Of a stretch of 64,000 nucleotides of DNA, positions 24,281 through 36,890 are shown piece after piece. Each line of letters opens with the position of its first letter. The stretch's first letter is position 1. The stretch is from Lama glama. Taxonomy: Eukaryota. The DNA lies in assembly GCA_028534125.1 (NCBI GenBank), contig CM052818.1, forward strand, positions 30,692,001-30,756,000, read 5' to 3'. A program made the position numbers and the translations under genes. The notes under the pieces are model-generated. The model searched no databases. It had not been told where the DNA came from and worked only from the letters and a program-made list of their open reading frames with translations.

Positions 24281-24472
24281 GTAATGGAACGAGCTCTATT
24301 CCACATGGACAACAGCTATAAAATCCCCAACATCCGGGGCACTGGGCGACTGTGCAAGACCAACCTGCCCTCCAACACGGCCTTCCGGGGCTTCGGGGGG
24401 CCCCAGGGGTTGTTCATTGCTGAGTACTGGATGAGTGAGGTCGCCGTGACCTGTGGGCTGCCTGCAGAGGAG
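24281..24472 (+). CDS. XDH: XDH exon 25 (192 bp)
   Basis: [64 protein letters not shown] (Arg880, Phe914); ttcag / gtaagc. Confidence 0.97.
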
Positions 24473-24671
24473 GTAAGCTGGAAGTTTGGGGACACAAGTC
24501 AGAGTGGGTTAGCCTGCTTTGAGGGGACAGTGGCTTTGTATCTTGGACATCCCCCATGGGCACAGAGGATAGGCAGGCAGGTGCTCGAGAGGGGCTGGAA
24601 GCTCAAGGTTCAGGTTATGGCCCCTGGTCTCTTGCCACTAACATGGCCTCAAAGTCTCTCTCCTTGGGAAG

Positions 24672-24817
24672 GTACGAAGGAAGAACCTCTACCGAGAAGG
24701 GGACCTGACACACTTCAACCAGAGGCTCGAGGGGTTCAACTTGCCCCGGTGCTGGGATGAATGCCTGAAAAGCTCTCAGTATGATGCTCGGAAAAAGGAG
24801 GTTGATAAGTTCAACAG
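24672..24817 (+). CDS. XDH: XDH exon 26 (146 bp)
   Basis: [48 protein letters not shown]; ggaag / gtaagc. Confidence 0.96.
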
Positions 24818-25631
24818 GTAAGCCCAGGGAGGGGAGGGGAGGGACTGACATTATGGGGCTCTCTGGGATTTCATGTTCTATAGCCTTTTTGCTGAACTCA
24901 AAATAAGAAGCTGATAATTTGATAGCTTAGGAGGCTGCTGCATTTGCTAACTCATTCATAGCCATCTCTTTAAGATCCTGAAATGATCTTTAACCCCAGG
25001 GGCCAGGGGCTCACAGCGCTCAGCATCATAGCCCATCAGAGTGGTTCATGTTTACACAGTTGTCTGCCTTCTGGGCAGATGATGTTCTAGAGAACACCGG
25101 CCCAAGGCTAAGAACATCACAGTTACAAGCTAGCCTCTGACACTAATCTATAAATATGACCCTGGTAGTCACTCCATCTTCCTGGGTCTCAGTTTCATCA
25201 TCCGCAAAGTGGGGACAATTGTGCTGGCTCTGTCTTTCACACTTGGAGAGCCAAATACAAAGCATAGAGAAAATATTATGATCGTCAATGAGCTGTGGTT
25301 CCTCCCTGAGGTGACTGCAGTCCAGGATCACAGAGCACTCTGATCCAATCCAAATGCCACTCAGGGAAGCAGAGAGGTGGTACTTTAAAGTCGAGACTTT
25401 CAAGGATGGGCCCTGTTCCAGCTGCACTGAAGGATCCAGAACCCAAATTCCCACCATTCTCATTTTTGTGTACACAACTGAGGCCCAACTCAATTACAAC
25501 AAAGACTGTGTGGGCACTTTCAAGGATCCCTTGTTCCAGTTTTACAAAGATGTTGACTGAAACTATGTCCAGTCTGACATGAATAAGGGTTGAGAAGTTG
25601 CAGTGAGAATGTTTTTTTATTTTTCTTCCAG

Positions 25632-25713
25632 GGAGAATTGTTGGAAAAAGAGAGGACTGTGCATAATTCCTACCAAATTTGGAATAAGCTTCACAGTTCC
25701 CTTTCTGAATCAG
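25632..25713 (+). CDS. XDH: XDH exon 27 (82 bp)
   Basis: [27 protein letters not shown] (Cys992, Phe1009, Thr1010); tccag / gtaatt. Confidence 0.97.
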
Positions 25714-26275
25714 GTAATTGCTTTATATAATTGTGTCCATCTCCTCTGCACTGGGATCCCATTTTCCCCTCTGTTTACACTGTTGCAAGGAAAAACCAAA
25801 TGTTATGGCAGCAGCGCTGACCAGGGGAGCTCTTTCCTGTTTAAATGAAAGTTCGCTGCACATTCCTATTTGTCCATTATGTCATGGGACGATGAAAGCA
25901 ACACGAGACTCAGAGACCTGGGCTCAATTTCTGGTTCTTACTCTTCCTGACTGCAGGACCATGGACAGCTACTCTGCCTTTCAGATCCCATGATCCCATT
26001 TCTTCATCTACAGAGTCAGGACAATATTTGACCTACTTCCCTCTGAGGATGGGAGACAGAGATATGGGGGGAGGTGGGGGAAAGTAGTTTTGCAAACTAC
26101 TAAAGGGCTATGTAATTAAATCATGAGATTGACACTGCTTTTATTTTTGTCTGAGGTTTCTATCCAAAATGCTGCCACCAGTTTTCTTTTTCTTGGGCTC
26201 CAGTACTTTTGGTCCCAGGCCTTAAGCTGAGCTGGGATTTGGTGAATTTTGTTTGGTTTCCTTCTCTTCCCATAG

Positions 26276-26371
26276 GGAGGAGCCCTGATTCATGTGTACA
26301 CAGATGGCTCTGTGCTGGTGAACCACGGGGGCACAGAGATGGGCCAGGGCCTTCACACCAAGATGGTCCAG
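26276..26371 (+). CDS. XDH: XDH exon 28 (96 bp)
   Basis: [32 protein letters not shown]; catag / gtgagc. Confidence 0.97.
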
Positions 26372-26997
26372 GTGAGCAGTCTGGAGACCATGGGAGTCCT
26401 CCCTGGCACCATGGTGTCTTCATGAGGGAAGAGGCTGTGAGCATGTGAGCAGTGCCAGAAGCAGAGGCAGGCCCAAGTTGTGGCTCGGCTCTGCTGCTCA
26501 TTTCCGGGTGACCTTGGGCAAGTCTGCTCCTTCTCTTGGCCTCAGTTTCCTCATCTGTGCAAAAGGATTGGCCAGATGATGGTTCAGGCCGCTTTCATCA
26601 TCAACACCCTAGGGCTCTGTGACTGTGTAAGGAGTGTGAGTGATGTGTATAAAAGTAGCCAGACACATGAGACTCCTCCCTCTGGGCTGGGTTAGAGTTG
26701 GTGCATCTGCCTGGCTCATGGACACTGGCTAAATTGAATTTTTTAAAAAGCCAGAGTTAGTTTAAAAAGGCACTGTTTGTCACCATTAGGTTTATGAATT
26801 TTTTTATTCAACAAAAACCACTCCATAACATGCTGCTTCAGATTCAGACAGATGTGAGAACATCCCAGTCTCAGTAGAGTTAGGGTTTATGAAATTATTT
26901 TCTTGTCTGCAGTAGTGAAACTGAATGCCATCTTGGGGAGAAGGCAGCGAGCCCCTGACAGTCCCTCCCCTAGCAGTGATGCCCCCTCTCTTTGCAG

Positions 26998-27126
26998 GTG
27001 GCCAGCAGAGCTCTGAAGATCCCTACTTCTAAGATCTACATCAGCGAGACGAGCACCAACACCGTGCCCAACTCCTCCCCCACGGCAGCCTCTGTCAGCA
27101 CTGATGTCTACGGACAGGCTGTCTAT
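26998..27126 (+). CDS. XDH: XDH exon 29 (129 bp)
   Basis: [43 protein letters not shown]; tgcag / gtaagg. Confidence 0.97.
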
Positions 27127-27750
27127 GTAAGGAGCCTTGGGGGCCCCCGAGCTGAGGGCCAGCCTAAGGTTCTAGGCTGGGAGAGTCCCGGGGTGGGAGC
27201 TAGAATGGCTCCTTGCAGGCTCTTGGCTATGGCCATGCCTTTGGCTCTGTTCTCCAGGAGAACACCAAGCTAAAAGAGGGGCCCAAGAACCATCATCACT
27301 TCCATTGAAGCCAGGAAGGATGAGTGTAGGAGGGGGAGGGGAGTTGGAGGAAACACAGAGAGGTCTGGGAGGACACACACCCTGGTATTAGAACCGGACA
27401 CAAGACCATGGAGTGAAGTTGAAATTTGATTGTGGGGTCAGCCAGGTCAGACCCACTTACTTCTCCCCAGGGTGGGGGCTGTCATCAAACAAAGGAGTTT
27501 GATGGGAGAGGACACCTCCTTGGGGATCCCTCCACATTTCACCCTCTGTCAGCCTGAGAACTGGGTCGGGAAGTGCTCTCTGAACAAAGGCCAGCAGCTC
27601 CTACCCTGGGCCGTGGTCCTTCCGGAGAGGGCGGCAAGGCTGTCTGAGCATTACCCTGTGCACAGCGTTGCTCGGAGGTCCTTGGGGTTCTGCCTGGACT
27701 GGGGAATTCTGAGGACTGATGTGTCTGGTGTGTGGGGACGTGTTCTCTAG

Positions 27751-27825
27751 GAGGCTTGTCAGACCATCCTGAAAAGGCTGGAGCCCTTCAGGAGAGAGAA
27801 TCCTGGTGGCTCCTGGGAAGACTGG
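27751..27825 (+). CDS. XDH: XDH exon 30 (75 bp)
   Basis: EACQTILKRLEPFRRENPGGSWEDW; tctag / gtaagt. Confidence 0.97.
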
Positions 27826-28183
27826 GTAAGTCCAAGCTAATTCAAGTTGCTTTTGTAAATGAAAGGAAAATGGGCAATGGGGAGTCATCGAAAGCTCTGG
27901 AGTCAGGGAGTGACATGGGTGGTGTGGTGTGTTAAGGATGATCACTCTAACTGGGCTGGGCTATGTGGTGACTTTAGGCAGGAAAACCAGTGAAGAGGCT
28001 ACGTTAGTGCTCCAGGCTTCAGATGATGAGGACTTGTGCAGGGGGTGAGAATGTAATGTAAGGGGTGGAGGTGGGAGTCACCAGCTTCCAGATGAAGAGG
28101 ATGAGCTCCTGAAAGCTCAGTGCTGGGTCGGGGCTTCTGGAAACTGTGCTTCCCCCTTCCTGACGGCCGTTTCCTCTCCTCAG

Positions 28184-28236
28184 GTCATGGCAGCCTACCT
28201 CGGTAGAGTGAGCTTGTCTGCTGCTGGCTTTTATAA
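28184..28236 (+). CDS. XDH: XDH exon 31 (53 bp)
   Basis: VMAAYLGRVSLSAAGFY; ctcag / gtaagt. Confidence 0.96.
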
Positions 28237-29965
28237 GTAAGTGTGGCACTGAGCTCACCTGTCTTACAGTGTGTTGTCATCCTGACCTCTGAGGTCCCCT
28301 CCAGCACTGAGTTCTGTCGGCCTGTGGTCAGGAGACAACACTTCTCTTGAAACGCTTATCCCTTCAGTGGGCTTCCACTAATTTCAAATTAAAGATGCTC
28401 TAAAATACATGGGATTACCCAACTATGTGCCAAAAGTGTGAGCTGTCACGTTGGAAGACCTCCATTCCAGTTCTGGTCTGAAGGTATGCTGGTCCACTCG
28501 GGGAGATCAGTGATTCTCTCTGAACCTGTCTTCTCACTGATGACATCGTGGGACGATGACCAGCCATTCCCCCCTCAGCGTTCTACAAGAGCCGGGGTGC
28601 CTGGTGTTCCCAGATTTCTTTAGGGAATCTTTCCTTCAAAAGAATGAGAGGAGGAGTTAGAGCATGTGGTCCTGTGTGACAAAATGCAAAATTCAGTGGA
28701 ACTTGAAGTGAAATTTAGAAAAAGTATTTATCTCCTGCAAACTTAAAATTCAATAACTGGGACCCTGCCTATCCGATTTAGAAGCTGTAAAAAGATATGA
28801 TCAAATTTACTGTCAGCCATAGTGTTTTAGCTTTCTCTGGGAAATTTAACTAGACCTTTTCTTTCACAGATCAGTGGATTTGGAAAATAGTCCAATGTTT
28901 GCTTTAAAACGTCTTGTGTGAATATAGGAATATAAATATCTATATATATATACGTATATATATATAGACAAAGTAATGTTTTGCCAGTGCTCCTTGGGTT
29001 ATGTAATATTTGACCTACACAAACAAACTAGTGCAGATTTTCGCATAAATTCCTTTTTCGTTTTTGGAGGGGATAAAACTGGGGTTATATCAGGGAACAC
29101 TCAAATGAAGATGGTGGAGTCAGAGGTCAAAGAAGGTGATGGTTTCTCCTGGGAAAAGCCTTTTCCTTCAGCCCTGTGCTGGTTTTGTTTTCATGCAGAT
29201 TCAGAGGATATCAGCTCACATTATTATTTCTGTGTAATGTATAGAATAACGTAGATACAGAATACTAAAAACTCCTGGTGTGAAAATACACACACACACA
29301 CTCATATATGTGACTCATGCAAAATTGAAATTGCGTAAGATATCCAGGATTGCAAAAGAAAAAATAATCAGAGAGCATCTGCTTTTATTAATAACGCTTT
29401 TCTCAAATCATTTGTTGAAATTTAGAAGGGGCCAGTAGATAAGGAGTAATACCAGGCTGCTTAAAGATGCACCAAGGCTATGAGGTTCTAATCTTGTTGA
29501 CTTTCACCTTGAGAAAGGTGAGCAGCGCCCTGAGCAGGCATACTTGTATGAACAGCCAGGAGCCAGCACAGGAAGATCCTTTGGCTCTGAGATCTTGAAT
29601 TCTAATTCAGTAGATCCTTTGCAGTGTGACTTTCATATCCTTCATGAGCTCAGGCAAATCTTTCACCTCTGTTTCTACCATGTAGAGACCAGCGTGCTGG
29701 CACCTTACACTGCTCAGCTCCACAGAGTAATTCATATAAAGGCCGTTGGCAAAATAGAACAGAGACAAGGGACAAAATATTCCAGAATGCCTGGGTTTCG
29801 TAAACAGGTTCGAAATGTTCAAAACCCATGGACTTTTTTGAAGAACAGCAGAATAAAAAGTAAAACCTTTCGGGTCTTAAGATTTTATGGGACAGACTGT
29901 GTGTATATGAGTCGGGGGCACGTTCATCTTAATACACGTGCCGTATTTTCTCTTTTCTCCCCCAG

Positions 29966-30080
29966 GACACCCAACCTTGGCTACAGCTTTGAGACCAACT
30001 CAGGGAATGCCTTCCACTACTTCACCTATGGGGTGGCTTGCTCTGAAGTGGAAATCGACTGCTTAACAGGGGATCATAAG
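29966..30080 (+). CDS. XDH: XDH exon 32 (115 bp)
   Basis: [38 protein letters not shown]; cccag / gtaaga. Confidence 0.97.
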
Positions 30081-30199
30081 GTAAGAAGTTTGCAAAACTT
30101 TAGTACCGGGGGGAAAAGAGAAGAGAAATATCTAACTGTGATGCAAAGAGCTGATAGGGCAGAAACTTCCGGTTGGGAGAACCGTGCCCTATCTCATGG

Positions 30200-30520
30200 C
30201 TTACAAACTTCCTACACAGCACCAGAGAGTAAACATTTTAGGTTTTCTGGAGACAGAGGCTCTGCCTCAGTCATTCGACTCTATCATTGTAGGGCAAAAT
30301 CAGACATGAACTGACAGAAACAAACGAGCATGGGCGTGTTCCAATAAAATGTAACTTGTGCACACTGAAGGTAAATTTCATACAGTTTTGAGGTGACACA
30401 GTATATTCTTTTTATTTTTGTCAGTCATTTAAAAACATAAAAATCACTAGTTCACAGGCCCTACAAAAACCGGGGTTGAGCTGGACTCAGCTTATGGAAC
30501 ATAATTTGTCAATCCCTTCC
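30200..30520. mobile_element. MER58B-like hAT MITE
   Basis: gagcatgggcgtgttccaataaaa...catttaaaaacataaaaatc...aatttgtcaatccc. Confidence 0.65.
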
Positions 30521-30732
30521 TTACGTGACCTGCCCTAGACTCAGGTTCAGAGCCCCAGAAACCTAAGGACCTGCCCTTCCTGCTGACACTCCTGCCTGAG
30601 TGTGCCCACAGCACTCTGATTGTGAAGTGCTGTTCCGGCTGGCACTCAAGAACCTAAGGGTCACTAGACCCATCTGTCATTCCACACAGCCCTTTCTTCT
30701 CAAACTGTTTCTCTAACTGCTGTCTGCTTTAG

Positions 30733-30798
30733 AACCTCCGCACAGACATTGTCATGGATGTTGGCTCCAGTCTGAACCCTGCCATCGACATTGGGCAG
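30733..30798 (+). CDS. XDH: XDH exon 33 (66 bp)
   Basis: [22 protein letters not shown]; tttag / gtaaga. Confidence 0.97.
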
Positions 30799-32161
30799 GT
30801 AAGACTCACGGGGGACCAGGGTGGTGATGGACTTGGCCACTGATATGCCACAGCATCTTGTCCAATGTCCTTTTCAAGTGGGTCTGAGCATAGTACCAAG
30901 TGAGTCTCCCTGAGAGTGGGGTTTAGACAGATGAGAACCCACCTAGCTCTCGAGGCAGAAGACAAGTCCATGTGGATAAACCTGGAAAGGGCATCAGAAA
31001 ACAAGATGAATGGTGGAAATGTTGGGTGCATGTGCACACGCACGTGCGTGCACACACACACACACGTCATTTGAGAGGGAGGACAAGGTGAAATGGAGAC
31101 TGACTTTGGGATCAATGTGCGGGCACTGGGGTCTCAGCTCAGAGGAGTCTTCTCCCTCCTTATTCCTTTTCCACTGAGGACAGCTGTTGCACTCTAGGAC
31201 GTAATGCTCCCAAGCATTTGGTGGTGGAGGGTACGGGGGACAAAAGAACGAGAGGAATAAAGGGATGGCCTGAAGAAAATCACTTTTGGAAAATATGAGA
31301 GTATTGGGCAGAGCAGGTGGAACAGAAAAGAGACAGAGGGAGGAATCAAGAAATGAAGTATTAAACATCTGACAGAAAATGTTCCTTGTATTTCTCAAAA
31401 ATGGACAATCACTGAGTATACAGAAACTTAGTTATTAATCTGTCCATTAACTCACTGAACAACCACCAGGAAGCCGGAAGCCCCTCCTACAGGCAGGCGC
31501 TGAGCTGACACGGCAAACACAGAGGGGTCAGCGCCTGGTCTCCCCTGTGAACATGCTTGTTTAGCTAGGGGCTGCCTTAGAGCACAATCCTGAATAGTGA
31601 GGCTGGGGAGCAGATGTGTGGGCCAGCAGAGCATCTGTGAGCTCCAGCAGGGGTGCTCTTTCTCCAGGGGGTAGGCAGGACTGGGCACTCAGAAAGCCCG
31701 GAATCTACAGTCCAGGAAAGCCCTCCTCTCTTTCTTGGTCCCACGTAGCACACAGGAGGGGTGTGGGCCACTGAGGGACACAGCCACTGCGAGCCCATGA
31801 GCTCCCTTCTCAGCTTGAGGTCCCCACTTCCCCGGCGGCAGTGTGGAAGGAACACCTCCATCTGCCTGCGCAGGTTCTAATGGGAAATTATGCCTCCACT
31901 GCGTGTCCCTCCTGGAATCCCCGACAAGTTCTGAAACCAATTTCAGTGTTAATGCCTTTGTTCTGCCTACACCGATGCCTGGCAAAGGCCTAGACAGGCA
32001 ACCCCAGGCTGGGGCAGGAGCCGGGGAGGCAGTGGAGGGCTGTTCACAGCTTGTCTCCAGGCCCTGCTGCAGGTGCAGGCAGACTTGGTGCCTGCTGTGG
32101 GAAGCAGCTCCTGCCTTCGGGGAGTGGGAGGCAGGGTAGCCACGATCTGTCTGCCCTGCAG

Positions 32162-32350
32162 GTGGAAGGGGCATTTGTCCAGGGCCTTGGCCTCTTCACC
32201 CTGGAGGAACTGCACTACTCCCCCGAGGGAAGCCTGCACACCCGCGGTCCCAGCACCTACAAGATCCCCGCGTTTGGCAGCATCCCCACTGAGTTCAGGG
32301 TGTCCCTGCTCCGTGACTGCCCCAACAAGAAGGCCATCTACGCGTCCAAG
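32162..32350 (+). CDS. XDH: XDH exon 34 (189 bp)
   Basis: [63 protein letters not shown]; tgcag / gtactg. Confidence 0.97.
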
Positions 32351-33029
32351 GTACTGTTGCCCTAGGCCCTGCACTGCGCTGCGGGAAGCCATGGGTGGGG
32401 ATGAGGGGCTCCAGCCACCTGCTCTGTGGGCCTGCAGGGGCTCATATGGAAGAGAAAAGAGGGCTTGGCATGCCCTTGGTGAGGGCAGTGGAGGGCTGGA
32501 CAGTCCAGCCTGGGAACATAAGAAAATGGGTTGAGGACAACACCACCTCTGTGTGGTCAAAGCCAGCTGATTTGGGTGCAATCAGAGGGGTGCCTTAGTT
32601 CAGTCCTGTAGGTCAAATCCTGACCTACAACCATGTGTCAGGTGTGCATCCCTGATTCTTGATCCTAGAGATGACACAGCCCCCCTGTTGTCCCACGAGA
32701 ATCGGCATCTTCACTGCACAAGGGGCAGCGCCTCTGCACACACTTTCGCCTCCTTCCGTGGCCACCACTAGACCTTAAGGCTTGATCAGCATGTCTAGAG
32801 GGTTATAACCATTTTCCATTTCCTCCTTGTCCCCAATAAGTATGAAAAGATAGTTGGAAATCAATTAAACTGATTGATACAATTGTTGGTCTGAGAAGGA
32901 AGACCGGTAATTACTTGTACCTGATGAAACACACCCCTTTCCTCATCTCATGGTTTGCTTCATGGTGGGAGGGCCTGGGACACTTTGTGAGCTTTGCTTT
33001 TGACTCTCACGTGTTAGCACGCTGGATCG

Positions 33030-33185
33030 CTGGGAGCTCGTGATGAAAATGCAGCTCCATGGGGCCCACCTTTAGAAATTTTGATTTGGTAGGTTTGGGG
33101 TAGGGCCCCAGAACCTGCATTTTTTAGCCAGTGTCCCTAGTGATTCTGATATAGGCAGGCTCTGATTATGCTTTGGGGAATGAAA
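33030..33185. mobile_element. MER5-type relic
   Basis: aaatgcagctccatggggcccacc...ggtttggggtagggccccagaacctgcattttt. Confidence 0.65.
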
Positions 33186-33602
33186 CCACCTCTGCTAGAA
33201 ACTACTTTGATTCCTATTTGTCACGATGTCTGTATCCCAGCAAACGCTGCATGTACAGTTATGGTGCCTGCAAGTGTTGGTGACGGAGTTGCAGGCAGAT
33301 TATTCCCCTAGGCTTATCGTTGTGGAAAAGGGTTCAACTTCAGATTTTTTTGTTTGTAAAATATAATTATCGAATAAAACTTTTAATGGTGCATTATATT
33401 TGCATGGTGTCATCAGGGAAAACCACATAGTAAAAGTTAAAAGAAATATGCCAGCCAAGTTGAGTCATTTACTAGGCTGATTATTCTCAGCCCCTGATTC
33501 ACTCTGACCGCCCTTCCTGCCTTGCTCTGGGTGGCCGGTGCCGGTGTGGAGGCTGCGCCCTCTGCCTGACTCCCTGCCCGTGCTCTGGCTCTGTCTGCTC
33601 AG

Positions 33603-33779
33603 GCTGTCGGGGAACCACCTCTCTTCCTGGGCGCCTCCATCTTCTTTGCCATCAAGGACGCCATCCGTGCAGCTCGAGCCCAGCACACGGATAACAACAC
33701 AAAGGAGCTTTTCCGGCTGGACAGCCCCGCCACCCCGGAGAAGATCCGCAACGCCTGTGTGGACAAGTTCACCACCCTG
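33603..33779 (+). CDS. XDH: XDH exon 35 (177 bp)
   Basis: [59 protein letters not shown] (catalytic Glu1261); ctcag / gtacga. Confidence 0.97.
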
Positions 33780-35369
33780 GTACGATGCCCACTCAGTCTG
33801 GGGAGGGGGGCATAGGCCTTCCAACGGCGTGGGGTGGTTCTGCTGCAGAGGGAGGGCTCTCTCTCAACTGGGAAACCCTGGGTCCACATCGCCCCCTGCT
33901 GTGTTGTTAAAGCATCCCCTCGAACTTTCAGGAAGATAACAAGAAATCCCCTTAAAGCTGCAGCTTGCAGCTAGGCCTCCTGAGAGGAAGGAGGGCTGTT
34001 TGATGCACAGCTATCACCCACAGATTTCGTTATTTTCCATAAAGATGAGAGTGATGGATAAAACTCCAAGAAGAGCCTAATCTTTCGTGTCCATCCCTTG
34101 CAATTTTGAGACCCTTCTTTGTTAAAGACATTGTGTGAGCTTCTAAGGAGATGGACAGAAAAAGAGGAATTAATGGATGAGATGGACCACATTTGTTCTG
34201 TGATTACCATGTGCCATGCTGATCCTGGGGACACAGGTGCCCTTGACCCGGCAGCCTTTTACATGCATTACATGGTGATTGGTTACTATCTTGGAGGTGT
34301 GTGAAGCAGGATGCAGTGGGAACTCCATGGTCAGCAGAATCGTTTTGGGAAGCTCATGTGTGATACTTGTGGTGGACTCTGCCTGGCAAAAGACAACCAT
34401 GCTAGGACAGTTTCACCCACTGGTAGAGCCTCAGAAGCAGCCCTGTCTCTGAGTTGTGCTGAAGTGGGCACCATGCACATAGGGTTCTCCAAATGCCTTT
34501 GCAGCCTCTGTTGAGTTAGCAGAACTGGATTCTTTTTGATACCCCAGTTGGATTTCCTCATGGGCAGTTGACAGGAAGTTTGCTAGGCCTTTTGGGTTTA
34601 GATGAAGTAAGTGCTCACGAACCCAGTGTTCCAGGTATGCAGAGGGTACAGGAGAGCCCTCGGGGCCAGCAAGTCTGCATCAGGATTGATGGGTCCCCAG
34701 TCAGGCTGCCCTTCAGGTTTTCCACTAACTTTAGCTACAGGGTGAGAACCACACAGACCATGTGTGGGGCCCCCAGGCAGTGAGGATGCCCACAGCTGTG
34801 CAGCAAACTTCCCGTAGCCCAGAACCTTCCTACCATGGCCCCAGTGCTGACAGTTACCCAAACCCCATTCCCTGGGAGGAGAGGCCCTGCATGGCTCCCA
34901 GGAAGCTTGCAGAGATTGCAAAGCTAGCTCCTTGCAAATAATCTGATGCAGAGCTAGTGATTCAATGAGCCCCTCCCTCTGAGGCCCCAGACCTAAAGCC
35001 AAGATTCTAACCCAAACCTCTTTGCTCTGTTACAACACACCAGTGATTGAAATTCCTTGCAACGGATTTGCATGAGCAGCTGGTCAGGCTTTTGAAGGAC
35101 TGAGTGCCATGTGAGAAAAGACCACTTCTGTATTTGGTCATCCCGGTATCTCCAGAGCCCACCACACAGGACCTGCCACATGGAACATGCTCAATACAAA
35201 TAAATGAATGGCTAGGAAATTACAGGGTCCTGCCTGGTGGGCACTCCCCACAGCTGGGACTGCAGAGTGGTGTTGATCTTGGAATGGTGGTTGGCAGCAG
35301 TGGGAGGTGGCACCATATCCCGAGCTGTGGGAGGACCCTGGCAGTAAGTTCTCCATCATTCCTTTCTAG

Positions 35370-35420
35370 TGTGTCACTGATGGACCAGCAAACTGTAAAC
35401 CCTGGTCTCTGAGGGTCTGA
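35370..35420 (+). CDS. XDH: XDH exon 36, coding part with TGA stop
   Basis: CVTDGPANCKPWSLRV*; acceptor tctag. Confidence 0.97.
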   Translation, partial: CVTDGPANCKPWSLRV

Positions 35421-35945
35421 AGAAAGAGCCTCCATTGGAGTCTTATGCTACACTGGGGATTCCATGGAGGATGGAACCCGTCCTGCAGAACATGAGTCTG
35501 TAAAAGTTGCAGGATGACAACAGTGATTCATCAGGATTGTGTTTGGAAGAACATTGAATGCGTTGGAAGATTTTGATCAAAAATATGATTTGTAACCATA
35601 ATGATAAGCAAATTCAGAACTGTTAGGCCCAAGAGGCCAACAGGCAATTATGGTCACTTCATGTCTACTTTAATCATGTATTTGAAATAGGTGTAAGAAG
35701 TGTTTGTGCTCCATCCCAACTCCTGGACAGCCTGTGTAACCTCAAGTGTTGACATTGTGCTTCGAAGAGGACTCCCACAAATCTCTGAAGTGAACCAAAG
35801 CTACTCTAAATCTACATCCCTTCCTCAGAAAGCCTTTTCTTCAAACCTGTGAACATCATAGTATAACTTCAGATCCACACTCAGACTTGCAGTGGGACAG
35901 TGGAGCGAGCTTCACACCTCTAATCACTTTGGGGTCATTGGAGAG

Positions 35946-35951
35946 AATAAA
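35946..35951 (+). terminator. Candidate proximal XDH polyadenylation signal
   Basis: AATAAA about 525 nt after the stop codon. Confidence 0.35.
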
Positions 35952-36884
35952 GAATGAAACAAATTCAAGGTTGATTGGACTTAATCTTGTTAAGCTGCAT
36001 AAAGTAAGACTATTCCCCAAGACCAAAAGCCAACCAGCTTTTCTGAGTTTCTGAGTACCTATGATGTGCTGGTTTCTTCTTTTTTGTGCATTATAAAAAA
36101 AATTAGATTTAAAACTCTTCAATTGAAGCCAGTAGTTTACATCTAGAAATGAGGCTACCCAAGTCCAGATCAGCCAGAGAAAAACAGTCAGGGAGCCTGG
36201 GTTCTCATCCCAACCGTGACTCCTAGCTATCTGTGTGATCTTAGACTGTCACCTCCCTTTTCTGTGCTTCATTTTACTGCAAAATGAAAGGATTGGCCTG
36301 GAATAATCTCTCAGATCTTCTCTGGATATAAGTCTATAAATATATGACCTGAAAACTCCAGTTATATAAGGGATCTGCAGCTCTCAGAGACTTGGCTCCC
36401 TTACTATGATGTGGTACCTGGCCCTCATGAACCTGGCTTAGATGCCCCTGTGTTCCTGAGGTTGGAAAAGAGGACAGGAGAAAGGCAGGCTCTCCTCTGC
36501 CTGTGGTGGTTTCGTCACTGTCTGGTGCTGGGTGGGCAGTGTGACCTTGTCGTGTGCCTTCACTTTTAAAACAACCAACCTTCTGCCAGATGGGGTCCGT
36601 GATTCTGGCCGCGGAAGAGAGTGGAAACCATGAAGTTGAGCCCGGTGCTTGATATTACTGAGAAATGAAACTGTCAGCTGGTTGGCAAGTGAGAACTGCT
36701 TGTTAATCATCATAATCACATCAAACGCTGGCATCTGCCGTATCTCAGCCAGCCTTCATTGCTAGAGAGTGCTCACACCAGACACTCCGATGCATGCACA
36801 CACACACACGCTTGCTTACAAAATTCCTTTCCTCAGAATATTCTAGACTGTCTTATAGTATGATTAAAACTGAAGAGCTTCAGA

Positions 36885-36890
36885 AATAAA
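36885..36890 (+). terminator. Likely distal XDH polyadenylation signal
   Basis: AATAAA with ATTAAA at 36863 and T/GT-rich sequence downstream; gives a ~1.5-kb 3' UTR, similar to human. Confidence 0.55.

Noticed and set aside
28939..28968. Perfect 30-bp palindrome in intron 31
   Set aside because: It is mostly a (TA)n microsatellite, which is self-complementary by nature.
29544..30314. 256-aa ORF, the longest in the track
   Set aside because: It is exon 32 plus chance-open intron and transposon sequence, with a non-ATG start.
31967..32581. 204-aa antisense ORF over exon 34
   Set aside because: Shadow frame of a GC-rich exon, with no recognisable protein features.
490..35420. XDH as a pseudogene, or an aldehyde oxidase paralogue
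   Set aside because: No stop or frameshift in any of the 27 exons. Glu802 and Arg880 are XDH-type, and the switch residues (Arg335, Trp336, Arg427, Phe549, four Cys) are present.
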